DNA of 64,000 nt from Deltaproteobacteria bacterium (GTDB lineage Bacteria > Desulfobacterota > Desulfobacteria > Desulfobacterales > SG8-13). Under the pieces are notes generated by a model. It ran no database searches and was not told the origin of the DNA. It saw only the letters and a list, made by a program, of their open reading frames with translations. The DNA lies in assembly GCA_041299015.1 (NCBI GenBank), contig JBFYWB010000111.1:47-64046 (forward strand). The letters run 5' to 3'. Within the stretch, counting starts at the first letter, position 1. The number at the start of each line of letters is the position of its first letter. This document shows, one piece after another, positions 30,403 through 38,614 of the stretch. A program made the position numbers and the translations under genes.

Positions 30403-31074
30403 ATGGACAGCCGCATCATCCTGCCGCTGGATCATTTTCAGTGGACTCAGGCCCGAGAGATCATGCGCCGGACCGAAGGTCTGGTGTGGGGCTACAAAAT
30501 ACGCCGCAGCGTGCTCGACCGCGGGTTGGGAATTTTGGCTGACATCAAGTGCTACGGGCGGGTCATGCTCGATTTCAAGCTCTACGACATCCCCAGCGCC
30601 ATGACCGAATCGCTGAAGCTTCACATGGCGGCCGGCGCCGACATCACGACGGTTCACTGTACTTCCGGCTACGATCCGCTCGCCCATGGCTTGCCAAAGG
30701 ATCGTATCGCCGGGGTCACCATCCTGACTTCGATGGGCCAAGAGGATTTCAGGCGCTACTATCGCGGCGCGAGCCTGCAGCAGATGGTGGCGCAGATGGC
30801 CGCCGAGGCCGTGTCGCGTTATGACTACCTCGTCTGTTCGGCGATGGATCTGGAATCGATCCGCACCCTTGACATCAAAAAGATCTGTCCCGGTATCCGG
30901 CCGAGCTGGTACCGGCAGGGCGACGACCAGACCCGGACAGCCACACCGGCGGTTGCGATCGGTCAAGGCGCCGACCTTCTGGTCATCGGTCGTCCTCTGC
31001 TTGGCGCCGACGACATCGCCGTTGCGATCGCAAGGACGAATGCGGAAATTCAGCGGGCTCTGCCGACCGGTTAA
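30403..31074 (+). CDS. pyrF: Orotidine-5'-phosphate decarboxylase.
   Basis: Start MDSRIILPLD (AAGGAGAGG RBS). VMLDFKLYDIPSAM and GADLLVIGRPL are OMPdecase motifs. The track start at 30325 is over-extended. Confidence 0.85.
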   Translation: MDSRIILPLDHFQWTQAREIMRRTEGLVWGYKIRRSVLDRGLGILADIKCYGRVMLDFKLYDIPSAMTESLKLHMAAGADITTVHCTSGYDPLAHGLPKDRIAGVTILTSMGQEDFRRYYRGASLQQMVAQMAAEAVSRYDYLVCSAMDLESIRTLDIKKICPGIRPSWYRQGDDQTRTATPAVAIGQGADLLVIGRPLLGADDIAVAIARTNAEIQRALPTG

Positions 31075-32009
31075 CGGGTCTGACCGCCGTCAAAAATAGC
31101 CCCCCGGGGCTTCTCCGGCCAGCCGAGGCGTTTTTTGCGGACCGCATCGGCCAGCTTGAAACCCAGCATTTTGTAAATCAGCTTGGCAACGGCGAAGGGT
31201 GAATTCAGATCGTAGGGGGCGGCGGCGAGTTCCACGACATCGAATGCGACCACGTTTTTGCGGTTGAATATCTTTTCCAGCAGATGCAGGGCCTCGTCCC
31301 AGGTGAAGCCGCCCGGTTCGGGCGTGCCGGTGCTGCGGATGACGCTCCAGTCGAACGCATCCACATCGATGGTCAAAAAAACCGGTTCCGGCAATTCGGC
31401 AAGGGCCGCATCGATGTCGAAGGTCCCCTTGCGGTATGCCGACATCGTGCACAAGGCCAGGGTTTCCCGTTCGACGCGCTGCGCTTCTTCCCGGGACATG
31501 CTCCGGATGCCGACCTGCAGGGTGTGCGGGGTCACTTCGCGGATACGTGCCATCACGCTGGCATGGCTGAAGCGACTGTTGTCGTAGGTGTCCCTGAGAT
31601 CGGCGTGGGCGTCGAGCTGGATCACGGAAAAAGTGCCGTGCACTGACTTCAGCGCTCGGGCAAAGGGACCGCTGACCGAGTGGTCGCCGCCGATCATCAC
31701 CACGAACTTTCCCCGTTCGAGCGGGTCGCTGGCCGACCGGTATACCACCTCCTGCACCTCGGCGGGATCTGCAGGCAGCCGAGGCGGCAGCATGGTGGCG
31801 ATGCCCATCCGGAAAGGTTCGGCTTTCAGCACTTCATCGTAGAACTCCAGTTGGTGAGATGCCGCGATGACGGCAGCCGGCGCAGCGGCCGAACCGGTTC
31901 CGTAGCTCACCCCGCCCTCATAAGGGATCGGCAGGATCACGACGCCGGCGGTGTCGAGCGCGGCGTATTCGGGGTCCGGATCGAGAAACGGCCGTGGGTC
32001 GGGTTTCAT
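31071..32009 (-). CDS. speB: Agmatinase (arginase/ureohydrolase family).
   Basis: MKPDPRPFLDP..., GGDHSVS, QLDAHADLRD and TIDVDAFDW (Mn-binding motifs). Its start overlaps the upstream gene stop (32006..32009). Confidence 0.88.
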   Translation of the reverse strand: MKPDPRPFLDPDPEYAALDTAGVVILPIPYEGGVSYGTGSAAAPAAVIAASHQLEFYDEVLKAEPFRMGIATMLPPRLPADPAEVQEVVYRSASDPLERGKFVVMIGGDHSVSGPFARALKSVHGTFSVIQLDAHADLRDTYDNSRFSHASVMARIREVTPHTLQVGIRSMSREEAQRVERETLALCTMSAYRKGTFDIDAALAELPEPVFLTIDVDAFDWSVIRSTGTPEPGGFTWDEALHLLEKIFNRKNVVAFDVVELAAAPYDLNSPFAVAKLIYKMLGFKLADAVRKKRLGWPEKPRGAIFDGGQTR

Positions 32010-33076
32010 CGGGCCTGCTCCAGCTTTTCGGCCAACTGCGGCAAGTGCGCGGCGATGTGTTTCGGCGGCCGTTTGGCGCATTTTGTCAGCACATAAGCCG
32101 CCAGGATCGGAAAGACGACACTGTACTCCCCCCAGATCTGCACCATCTTATCTTCATCCACCGAGCGGTATTTGCCCCAGGTCACCGCCTCGCTGAAGGT
32201 GCAACCGGACAGGCTGCCTTCCTTTTCGGTCGCCGTTCCGATTTGAAGCCCGCGGTCGGCGCCTTCGAAATGAACGCCAAGGATCTGACTGATGGTGGGG
32301 CTGGTCTGCTGAATAAAGTTTTTGGGACCCCCGCCGCCCAGTTCGATGAAACTGGTTTGGCCGGCGGAGAAAACGACGGCCGCCGAATCGAAGATGTCCT
32401 TTTGCGCGGAAAGGCTGATCGGCAGGCCGATGCGGTCGGTCAGGACCAGATTCATGGCGATGGAATGGTTGGCCAGTGAATCCCAGAAGATGGGGACATC
32501 ATGTTCGGCGGCCGCGGCGACAAAACTGCGTTGCGGATATTTGGCATGGCGGCCGACCCATTTCCCGAGGGCATGATTGAACTCCCAGCTGGACAGCGGT
32601 CTTGCGGCGAGCTGCTCCCGGTGACAATCCTGAACGAAGCGGCGAATGATGGCATCCTGCGCCTGGAGGGTCTCCTTATCGCGGATGCCGATGTCATAGA
32701 TGCGTGTGTCGCCGTGCTGCCGCAGTGCGGCATCGTCCCAGACCGGCGATATCGCCTTGACCGGCAGGTCGAAGGCAAAGTGAAGATCGTGGTAGACTTG
32801 GGCGCCGGTCGAACAGATGACATCGATGACGCCGGCGGCGATCAGAGAGGTGATCATACCGCCCATGCCGCCGGCGACACCGGCGCCCGCGATCCCGAGC
32901 CAGATCACGTCGTTGTCGGCGACCATGCGTTCGAATAACCGCGCACCGCGGTGAACGTTGCGGGCTTCGAAGGATATCCGGCCGAGGACATCGATCAGAT
33001 CCACGACCGACATGTTCTCGGAAAGAGCGGGCGGGACGATATCGGGATGATCCTTGAACATCGAATGGTGCGGCAT
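32006..33076 (-). CDS. Deoxyhypusine synthase-like protein (candidate homospermidine synthase-type polyamine enzyme).
   Basis: 356 aa. LGIAGAGVAGGMGGMITSLIAAGVIDVICSTGAQVYHDLH is the DHS-family NAD-binding core. Confidence 0.85.
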   Translation of the reverse strand: MPHHSMFKDHPDIVPPALSENMSVVDLIDVLGRISFEARNVHRGARLFERMVADNDVIWLGIAGAGVAGGMGGMITSLIAAGVIDVICSTGAQVYHDLHFAFDLPVKAISPVWDDAALRQHGDTRIYDIGIRDKETLQAQDAIIRRFVQDCHREQLAARPLSSWEFNHALGKWVGRHAKYPQRSFVAAAAEHDVPIFWDSLANHSIAMNLVLTDRIGLPISLSAQKDIFDSAAVVFSAGQTSFIELGGGGPKNFIQQTSPTISQILGVHFEGADRGLQIGTATEKEGSLSGCTFSEAVTWGKYRSVDEDKMVQIWGEYSVVFPILAAYVLTKCAKRPPKHIAAHLPQLAEKLEQAR

Positions 33077-33095
33077 GCGGAAGATGTCCTTTGTT

Positions 33096-33156
33096 AAACG
33101 GTTAGGCCCGTTGAGCCGGTTGGCCGGCGAACCAACTCAAACGGGCTTAACGGGCC
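33096..33156 (-). promoter_or_regulatory. Structured intercistronic spacer in the polyamine operon, with alternative stems built from repeated AACGGGC/GCCCGTT units.
   Basis: GCCCGTTGAG (33106..33115) can pair with CTCAAACGGGC (33136..33146), enclosing TTGG...CCAA. Alternatively, GGCCCGTT (33105..33112) can pair with AACGGGCC (33149..33156). Confidence 0.4.
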
Positions 33157-33184
33157 AAACTGGCGCAACCGGCTAAATCGTTTT

Positions 33185-33739
33185 TTACGTCATCAACATG
33201 ACCGCGCAGGCAATGACCGTGGTCCAGAGGCCGTTTTTGTGGCCTCTGGCCGACTGGGCGACGCTGCGGGTGACAAACAAGCGCTGGCCGACCTTATAGA
33301 CCTGCTTGCGTTCGTCCCAGGCCACGTCCGGGTCGAGCTCGATCCCCAGTGTCGACGCCAGCATGGTCGCCGCCAGGTCTTCGGCGAAGTCGGCCGATTT
33401 CTTCATGGTTTCGCCGAAGGCGTGGTGTTCGGAGATATACCCATACTGATTGTGGTCTTTGGGGCGTGCCAGGCCGACGGCGGCCGATACGAGTCGATTG
33501 GGCTCATTGGTTCCTTCACGCGCCAGAACCACGAAGGTGATCTGACCCGGTTTGAGCTCTTCGATGCCGGTTGTGCGCGCGATGATCTTGCAATCCGGCG
33601 GGAAAATGCTCGAAACGTAGACCAGGTTGCACTTCTCGATACCGGCATTGCGCAGGGCCAGCTCGAAACTCTGGAGCTTGTTGCGATGGTAGCCGACACC
33701 TTTGGTGAAAAACATGCGTTTGGGGATTAACTTGTCCAA
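33185..33739 (-). CDS. pdaD: Pyruvoyl-dependent arginine decarboxylase.
   Basis: TTG start with a GGAGGA RBS. MDKLIPKRMFFTKGVGYHRNKLQSFELALRNAGIEKCNLVYVSSIFPP contains the SS self-cleavage site of the PdaD family. Confidence 0.88.
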   Translation of the reverse strand: MDKLIPKRMFFTKGVGYHRNKLQSFELALRNAGIEKCNLVYVSSIFPPDCKIIARTTGIEELKPGQITFVVLAREGTNEPNRLVSAAVGLARPKDHNQYGYISEHHAFGETMKKSADFAEDLAATMLASTLGIELDPDVAWDERKQVYKVGQRLFVTRSVAQSARGHKNGLWTTVIACAVMLMT

Positions 33740-33787
33740 TTCGAACCATCCTCCGAGCCGTTTTTTGCGGGTTGAAATAGGCGAGCG

Positions 33788-33816
33788 AAAATACCGATTT
33801 TGGCACCGGTTGTCAA
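33788..33816 (-). promoter_or_regulatory. Sigma-70-type promoter for the pdaD / DHS-like / speB operon.
   Basis: Minus strand TTGACA (33816..33811), 17 nt, then TATTTT (33793..33788). Confidence 0.55.
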
Positions 33817-33898
33817 CCTGGGGGCACGGCCAGCAAAAAAACCGAGCGACGAGATCTACCGGCCGTCAGGGCCGCCCGGCAAGGATCGATCGGCAACG

Positions 33899-33994
33899 TT
33901 AGAAAAACGACAGCCGGCGATAGAAGATAACGCCGAGAATCAACAGGCCGAAAACCAGGACGATCATCAACTGATCGGGACTGAATTTTTTCAC
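33899..33994 (-). CDS. Possible 31-aa hydrophobic small protein.
   Basis: GTG start, VKKFSPDQLMIVLVFGLLILGVIFYRRLSFF-stop, a single TM helix with flanking positive charges. No convincing RBS. Confidence 0.2.
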   Translation of the reverse strand: MKKFSPDQLMIVLVFGLLILGVIFYRRLSFF

Positions 33995-34016
33995 GCTTTG
34001 CAACCGTCGGATGCGG

Positions 34017-35237
34017 TTAATCCTCACGGTCCAATCCGAAGGCCGAGTGTAAGACCCGGACGGCCAGTTCGGTATATTTTTCTTCGATCGCGCAGGAAAT
34101 CCTGATTTCCGATGTGCTGATCATGATGATGTTGACATTTTCCTTGGCCAGAGCATTGAACATGGTCGCGGCCACTCCGGAGTGATTGCGCATACCCACG
34201 CCGATGACCGATACCTTGGCGATGTCTTTGCCGCCAAACACCTCTTCGGCGTCGATTTGCCGGGCCACTTCCTGTTCGATTTCCATGGCGCGGCTGAAAT
34301 CGGACCTTGGGACCGTAAACGTCAGGTCCGTCTGGCCCCCGGCACGGGTGTTTTGAATGATCATGTCCACGACGATCTTTGCTGCGGAGATGGGCGTGAA
34401 GATCTTGGCGGCGATTCCCGGCTGATCCGGGACCTTTTTCAACGTAATGCGGGCCTGATCCTTATCGTGGGTCACCGCGGTGACAATCAGTTTTTCCATG
34501 CCGGAATCCTCATTCACCACCATTGTCCCCTCCTCTTCCTTAAAGGATGACCTGACGTGCACGGGAACGTTGTATTTCTTGGCGAAGCCGACCGAGCGGA
34601 TCTGCAAAACCTTGGCACCCAAGCTGGCCATATTCATCATCTCGTCGTAGGAGACGACCTTGAGCTTGCGCGCGCGCGGGCAGATGTTCGGGTCGGCGGT
34701 GTAAATGCCGTCGACGTCAGTATAAATTTCACAGGTGTCGGCCTGCAGTGCGGCCGCAATCGCCACCGCCGAGGTGTCCGATCCGCCGCGGCCCAGGGTG
34801 GTGATGTTGCCGTCCGGGTCGCAGCCCTGAAAACCGGCCACGACGACGATGTTGCGTCCGGTCATCAGCCGCCTGATGCGGTCGGTACCGATGTCGACGA
34901 TGCGCGCATTTCCGTAGTCGCAGTCCGTGTGGACTTCGGCCTGGAACCCAAGCAAAGATCGGGCCGGGTAGTTCATGGCGCACAGGGTCATGGCCAGCAG
35001 TGCGGCCGTCGTCTGCTCCCCGGTGGCCAGAAGGACATCCAGCTCACGCCTTTCAGGTTTTTCGCTGATTTGAGCGGACATCTTCAGCAACCCGTCGGTG
35101 ACACCGGCCATGGCCGAGATCACCACCACCACATCGTTGCCGTCATCGAAAGTCTTCGCCACCCGCCGGGCGACATTGTGGATCCGTTCCAGGTCCGCGA
35201 CCGATGTGCCCCCGTATTTCTGTACGATTAGCCCCAT
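34017..35237 (-). CDS. lysC: Aspartate kinase (with C-terminal ACT domains).
   Basis: [19 protein letters not shown]..., [24 protein letters not shown] and two ACT repeats. Confidence 0.95.
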   Translation of the reverse strand: MGLIVQKYGGTSVADLERIHNVARRVAKTFDDGNDVVVVISAMAGVTDGLLKMSAQISEKPERRELDVLLATGEQTTAALLAMTLCAMNYPARSLLGFQAEVHTDCDYGNARIVDIGTDRIRRLMTGRNIVVVAGFQGCDPDGNITTLGRGGSDTSAVAIAAALQADTCEIYTDVDGIYTADPNICPRARKLKVVSYDEMMNMASLGAKVLQIRSVGFAKKYNVPVHVRSSFKEEEGTMVVNEDSGMEKLIVTAVTHDKDQARITLKKVPDQPGIAAKIFTPISAAKIVVDMIIQNTRAGGQTDLTFTVPRSDFSRAMEIEQEVARQIDAEEVFGGKDIAKVSVIGVGMRNHSGVAATMFNALAKENVNIIMISTSEIRISCAIEEKYTELAVRVLHSAFGLDRED

Positions 35238-35725
35238 ATTCCATCCTCACATTCTCTTGCAACATCCTTAATCATGGCGACTTCAGCCGGTCCCGTCGCC
35301 GAGATCGTCATCTGACGCACCTGTTCGCCCGTGATCTCCAAATAAACGCGAATGTGCCGCGCCGGCAGCTCCGCACCCAGCCGCTCAGCCCATTCGATGA
35401 CGGCCACGCCGGCGCCGGATAGAATTTCCGGCAAGCCGATCTCCTGGATCTCTTCCGGGTCTCGGATGCGATACAGGTCGACATGGTAGAGGCGCAATCT
35501 TCCCGGGTATTCGTTGATCAGGGTGAAAGTGGGGCTGGTAATATAATATTTGGCCGGCACTTGCAAGCCCCTGGCGATGCCCTGGGCGAAAGCCGTCTTG
35601 CCGCTGCCGAGGTCACCGCTGAGGGCGATGGTGGTTCCGGCGGGGACCTGCCGACCGAGTCTTTCGCCGAGCCTCTGGGTCTGTTCGACCGACTGCGTTG
35701 TCGTTACGAAAGAGAAGCGCTGCAT
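35228..35725 (-). CDS. tsaE: tRNA t6A biosynthesis ATPase TsaE.
   Basis: [20 protein letters not shown] (P-loop), [10 protein letters not shown] and YHVDLYRI. Confidence 0.9.
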   Translation of the reverse strand: MQRFSFVTTTQSVEQTQRLGERLGRQVPAGTTIALSGDLGSGKTAFAQGIARGLQVPAKYYITSPTFTLINEYPGRLRLYHVDLYRIRDPEEIQEIGLPEILSGAGVAVIEWAERLGAELPARHIRVYLEITGEQVRQMTISATGPAEVAMIKDVARECEDGIWG

Positions 35726-35798
35726 TGGGCGACGGCGCTCCTTTCACGCGGACCGGCGTCGAGAGGTATCGGGCGGTTCCAGCTGCTGAAGGCCAAGG

Positions 35799-37352
35799 CT
35801 ATTGCTCCAGGCACCGCCTGATTTCAGACGGTATGCCGGAGATGACCTCTGCGGCCAAATATCCCCAAGGACCTTTGCGCACGGCCTGACGGTCCGCTGC
35901 GGCGCCATGCAAATAAACGCCGAGATGGCAGGCGGCTTCAACGGGCAGGCCTTGGGTGATCAAACCGGCGATCAGGCCGGTCAGCACGTCTCCCATGCCG
36001 CCTGAGGCCATGCCGGAATTGCCGGTCGGATTGATGAATACGAAACCGTCCGGATGGGCGATGACGGTGTGGGCGCCTTTCAGGACGAGGTGGACCTTGA
36101 AGGTTCGGGCAAATTCGCGGGCACAGGCGATACGGTCTTTTTGAACCGCGGCGACCGTTGTTTCCGCGAGACGGGCCATTTCACCGGGATGGGGTGTCAG
36201 GACGACCGGCGCCGTGCGCTGGCCCAGAATTGCGGTCGCCCCGGCCAGGTTGTTCAAACCGTCGGCATCGATCACCAGGGGCAGATTGCTTTCGACGACC
36301 AGTCGCCGCAAGAGCTCTCTGGTTTCCGGCGCCTGGCCCATCCCCGGTCCGACGGCCAGACAGCGCTTGCCGTTGAGCAAATCCCGAATCGATTCAAAGG
36401 CCGACATTCCGAGCCGTCCGCCCTCGATTTCGGGCAGCGGCGCGGTCATGACCTCAAGGGCTGTGGATGCGAGAATCGGGTTGATCCCCCTTGGTGCCGC
36501 AAGAGTGACCAGGCCGGCGCCGGCCCGCATGGCCGCCAGGGCGGCCAGGGCTGCGGCACCGGTTTTACCGGGAGCACCGGCGACAACCAGCAGGTGTCCG
36601 GTGCGGCCCTTGTGGCTGTCGGGCGGTCGCGGGTTGATGTAATTTTTGACATCCCGCTCGCGCAGCAGAAACTGTCGTGGTGCGATTTCCTCGACCACGT
36701 GAGGCGGAATTCCGATGTCGACGACCTGCAATTTGCCGCTCAGCTCGGTCCCTGGAAACTGGAAGTGGCCCGTTTTGGCGAAACCGAAGGTAACCGTGGC
36801 ATAAGCCCGGATGCAACTGCCGCAGGGTTGGCCGGTATCCGCATTCAATCCCGAGGGCACATCAACCGCGAAGACCGGCTGACCGAGGCTGTTGATGAAA
36901 TCGATCAGCTCGCGAAAATAGCCGCGCACCTCCGAGCGCAGACCGGTGCCCAGAATGGCATCGATCCAAAGATCCCGGTTGCGCATCGAGACCCTGACAG
37001 CATCGAACGCGGCCGGGTCCGGGATTTCGACGACCGGGACCCCCAGCGGGGACAACAGCTCCAGGTTGGCGGCCGCATCGCCGGAGACGTGCTCGCGGTC
37101 GGTCAGCAGGAAAACGGTGACGTCCACGCCGCGGTGCGCCAGGCAGCGCGCGATGACATACCCGTCGCCGCCGTTGTTTCCGCGGCCGGCGATGACGCCG
37201 ACCTTGCGCGACCCGATGTCGGGAAACAACTCGAGCAGAAAGGCCGTGGCCCCGCGGCCGGCATTTTCCATTAAGATCCTTCCGGGCAGGCCGAAGGATT
37301 CAATGGTCCGACGGTCCATGGCCTGCATTTCACTGGCCGTGACAAGATACAT
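35799..37352 (-). CDS. nnr: Bifunctional NAD(P)H-hydrate repair enzyme (epimerase plus ADP-dependent dehydratase).
   Basis: The N-terminal YjeF_N part has GRGNNGGDGYVIAR. The C-terminal carbohydrate-kinase part has GHLLVVAGAPGKTGAA and GNSGMASGGMGDVLTG. Confidence 0.92.
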   Translation of the reverse strand: MYLVTASEMQAMDRRTIESFGLPGRILMENAGRGATAFLLELFPDIGSRKVGVIAGRGNNGGDGYVIARCLAHRGVDVTVFLLTDREHVSGDAAANLELLSPLGVPVVEIPDPAAFDAVRVSMRNRDLWIDAILGTGLRSEVRGYFRELIDFINSLGQPVFAVDVPSGLNADTGQPCGSCIRAYATVTFGFAKTGHFQFPGTELSGKLQVVDIGIPPHVVEEIAPRQFLLRERDVKNYINPRPPDSHKGRTGHLLVVAGAPGKTGAAALAALAAMRAGAGLVTLAAPRGINPILASTALEVMTAPLPEIEGGRLGMSAFESIRDLLNGKRCLAVGPGMGQAPETRELLRRLVVESNLPLVIDADGLNNLAGATAILGQRTAPVVLTPHPGEMARLAETTVAAVQKDRIACAREFARTFKVHLVLKGAHTVIAHPDGFVFINPTGNSGMASGGMGDVLTGLIAGLITQGLPVEAACHLGVYLHGAAADRQAVRKGPWGYLAAEVISGIPSEIRRCLEQ

Positions 37353-37380
37353 GTCGGCGTCTCCCGGTAAAGGCGAAATT

Positions 37381-38100
37381 CTAGAGTTCCCTGATAAGCC
37401 GCCGCATTTCGCGCACCGCTTCTTGCATACCGATCAGCACGGCCCTGGAAACGATGCTGCGGCCGATCGTAAACACGCCGATTTCTCCGAGGCCTTCAAA
37501 CGCACCGATCGTGTTGTAGTCGATACCGCCGCCGGCCTGAACGCCGATTTTCAACCGGTAGGCCAGTTTGACGGTGTCCACGATACGGCTTAAGACCTGC
37601 TTGCGCTTGGCGATGGTCGTGGCCTCGACATACGTGCCGGTATTGATCTCTACAAAATTGACCCGGCATTGATGGGCTAGTTTTACCTGATCGGGATCCG
37701 GTTCAATGAATGCCCCGACCGGAATTCCGCTGCTGAACAGGTTGTCGATTATTTCAGCCGTGTTCGACCCGTGCACCATCAGATCCAGCCCGTCTGCGGC
37801 TGAATTGCCTTCCCGCATTTCCGGCACCAGGATAACCGCATCCGGCTTGATGTTCAGAGCCACCCCGAGCATCTCGGAGGTCGGCCCCATTTTGAATACG
37901 AAACGAGTGTGCACGACTTTTTTCAACACGGGCAGGTCGCGATCCTGAATAAAGCGCCGGTCCTCACGCAGATGGACAGCAATGCCGTCGGCACCGCCCA
38001 ATTCCGCCAGTACGGCGGCCGCAGCCGGTTCCGGAACGGTCGATCTGCCGGCCTGCCTGAGTGCGGCCACCGGATCCAGTTGCACGACCAGTTTCGCCAT
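37381..38100 (-). CDS. pdxJ: Pyridoxine 5'-phosphate synthase.
   Basis: Start MAKLVVQLDPVAALRQAG... GADGIAVHLREDRRFIQDRD, VILVPE and NFVEINTG are PdxJ motifs. The track start at 38160 is probably over-extended. Confidence 0.88.
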   Translation of the reverse strand: MAKLVVQLDPVAALRQAGRSTVPEPAAAAVLAELGGADGIAVHLREDRRFIQDRDLPVLKKVVHTRFVFKMGPTSEMLGVALNIKPDAVILVPEMREGNSAADGLDLMVHGSNTAEIIDNLFSSGIPVGAFIEPDPDQVKLAHQCRVNFVEINTGTYVEATTIAKRKQVLSRIVDTVKLAYRLKIGVQAGGGIDYNTIGAFEGLGEIGVFTIGRSIVSRAVLIGMQEAVREMRRLIREL

Positions 38101-38170
38101 CAAACCTCCTGCACAAGTTGCCCCATTCGGCGCTATGGCAGTCCGGGGTCGAGAAATCAAATTCGGTTCA

Positions 38171-38614
38171 TCAGCCGGTGGTCCGGATTAGCTCCAACAG
38201 CGCCGCACTTTTTTTCGCCATCACCCGGGCGTCAGCCTTGTTTTTCTCATGGTCAAAGCCGAACAGGTGCAGAATGCCGTGCACCAGGAGCTCGTCCAAA
38301 CGGCATTCCAGCGGTATACCGGCGGCGGCGCCTTCCCGTGCGGCGGTGTCGACCGAGATCACGACATCGCCGAGCAGCTGGGGCGACACATCGGCGAATT
38401 CGCCTGCGCGCATCGGAAAGGCGATGACATTGGTCGCTCCCGGCCGGTTAAAGTACTGTCGGTTCAAACGCGCGATGTCGTCGTCTCCAACCAGCAGTAT
38501 AGAGAGTTCCGTCTCAGAACTGTCCAAGGCGTCTAAGATGACTCGGGCTTTTTTCCGAATTTTCGCGAGGGAAATCCGGTGGTTGTTTTGGCGGTTGTCG
38601 ATCAGGATTGCCAA
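38171..38614 (-). CDS. ybeY: rRNA maturation endoribonuclease YbeY.
   Basis: The MAILIDNRQ N-terminus and the HGILHLFGFDHE zinc motif. Confidence 0.92.
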   Translation of the reverse strand: MAILIDNRQNNHRISLAKIRKKARVILDALDSSETELSILLVGDDDIARLNRQYFNRPGATNVIAFPMRAGEFADVSPQLLGDVVISVDTAAREGAAAGIPLECRLDELLVHGILHLFGFDHEKNKADARVMAKKSAALLELIRTTG

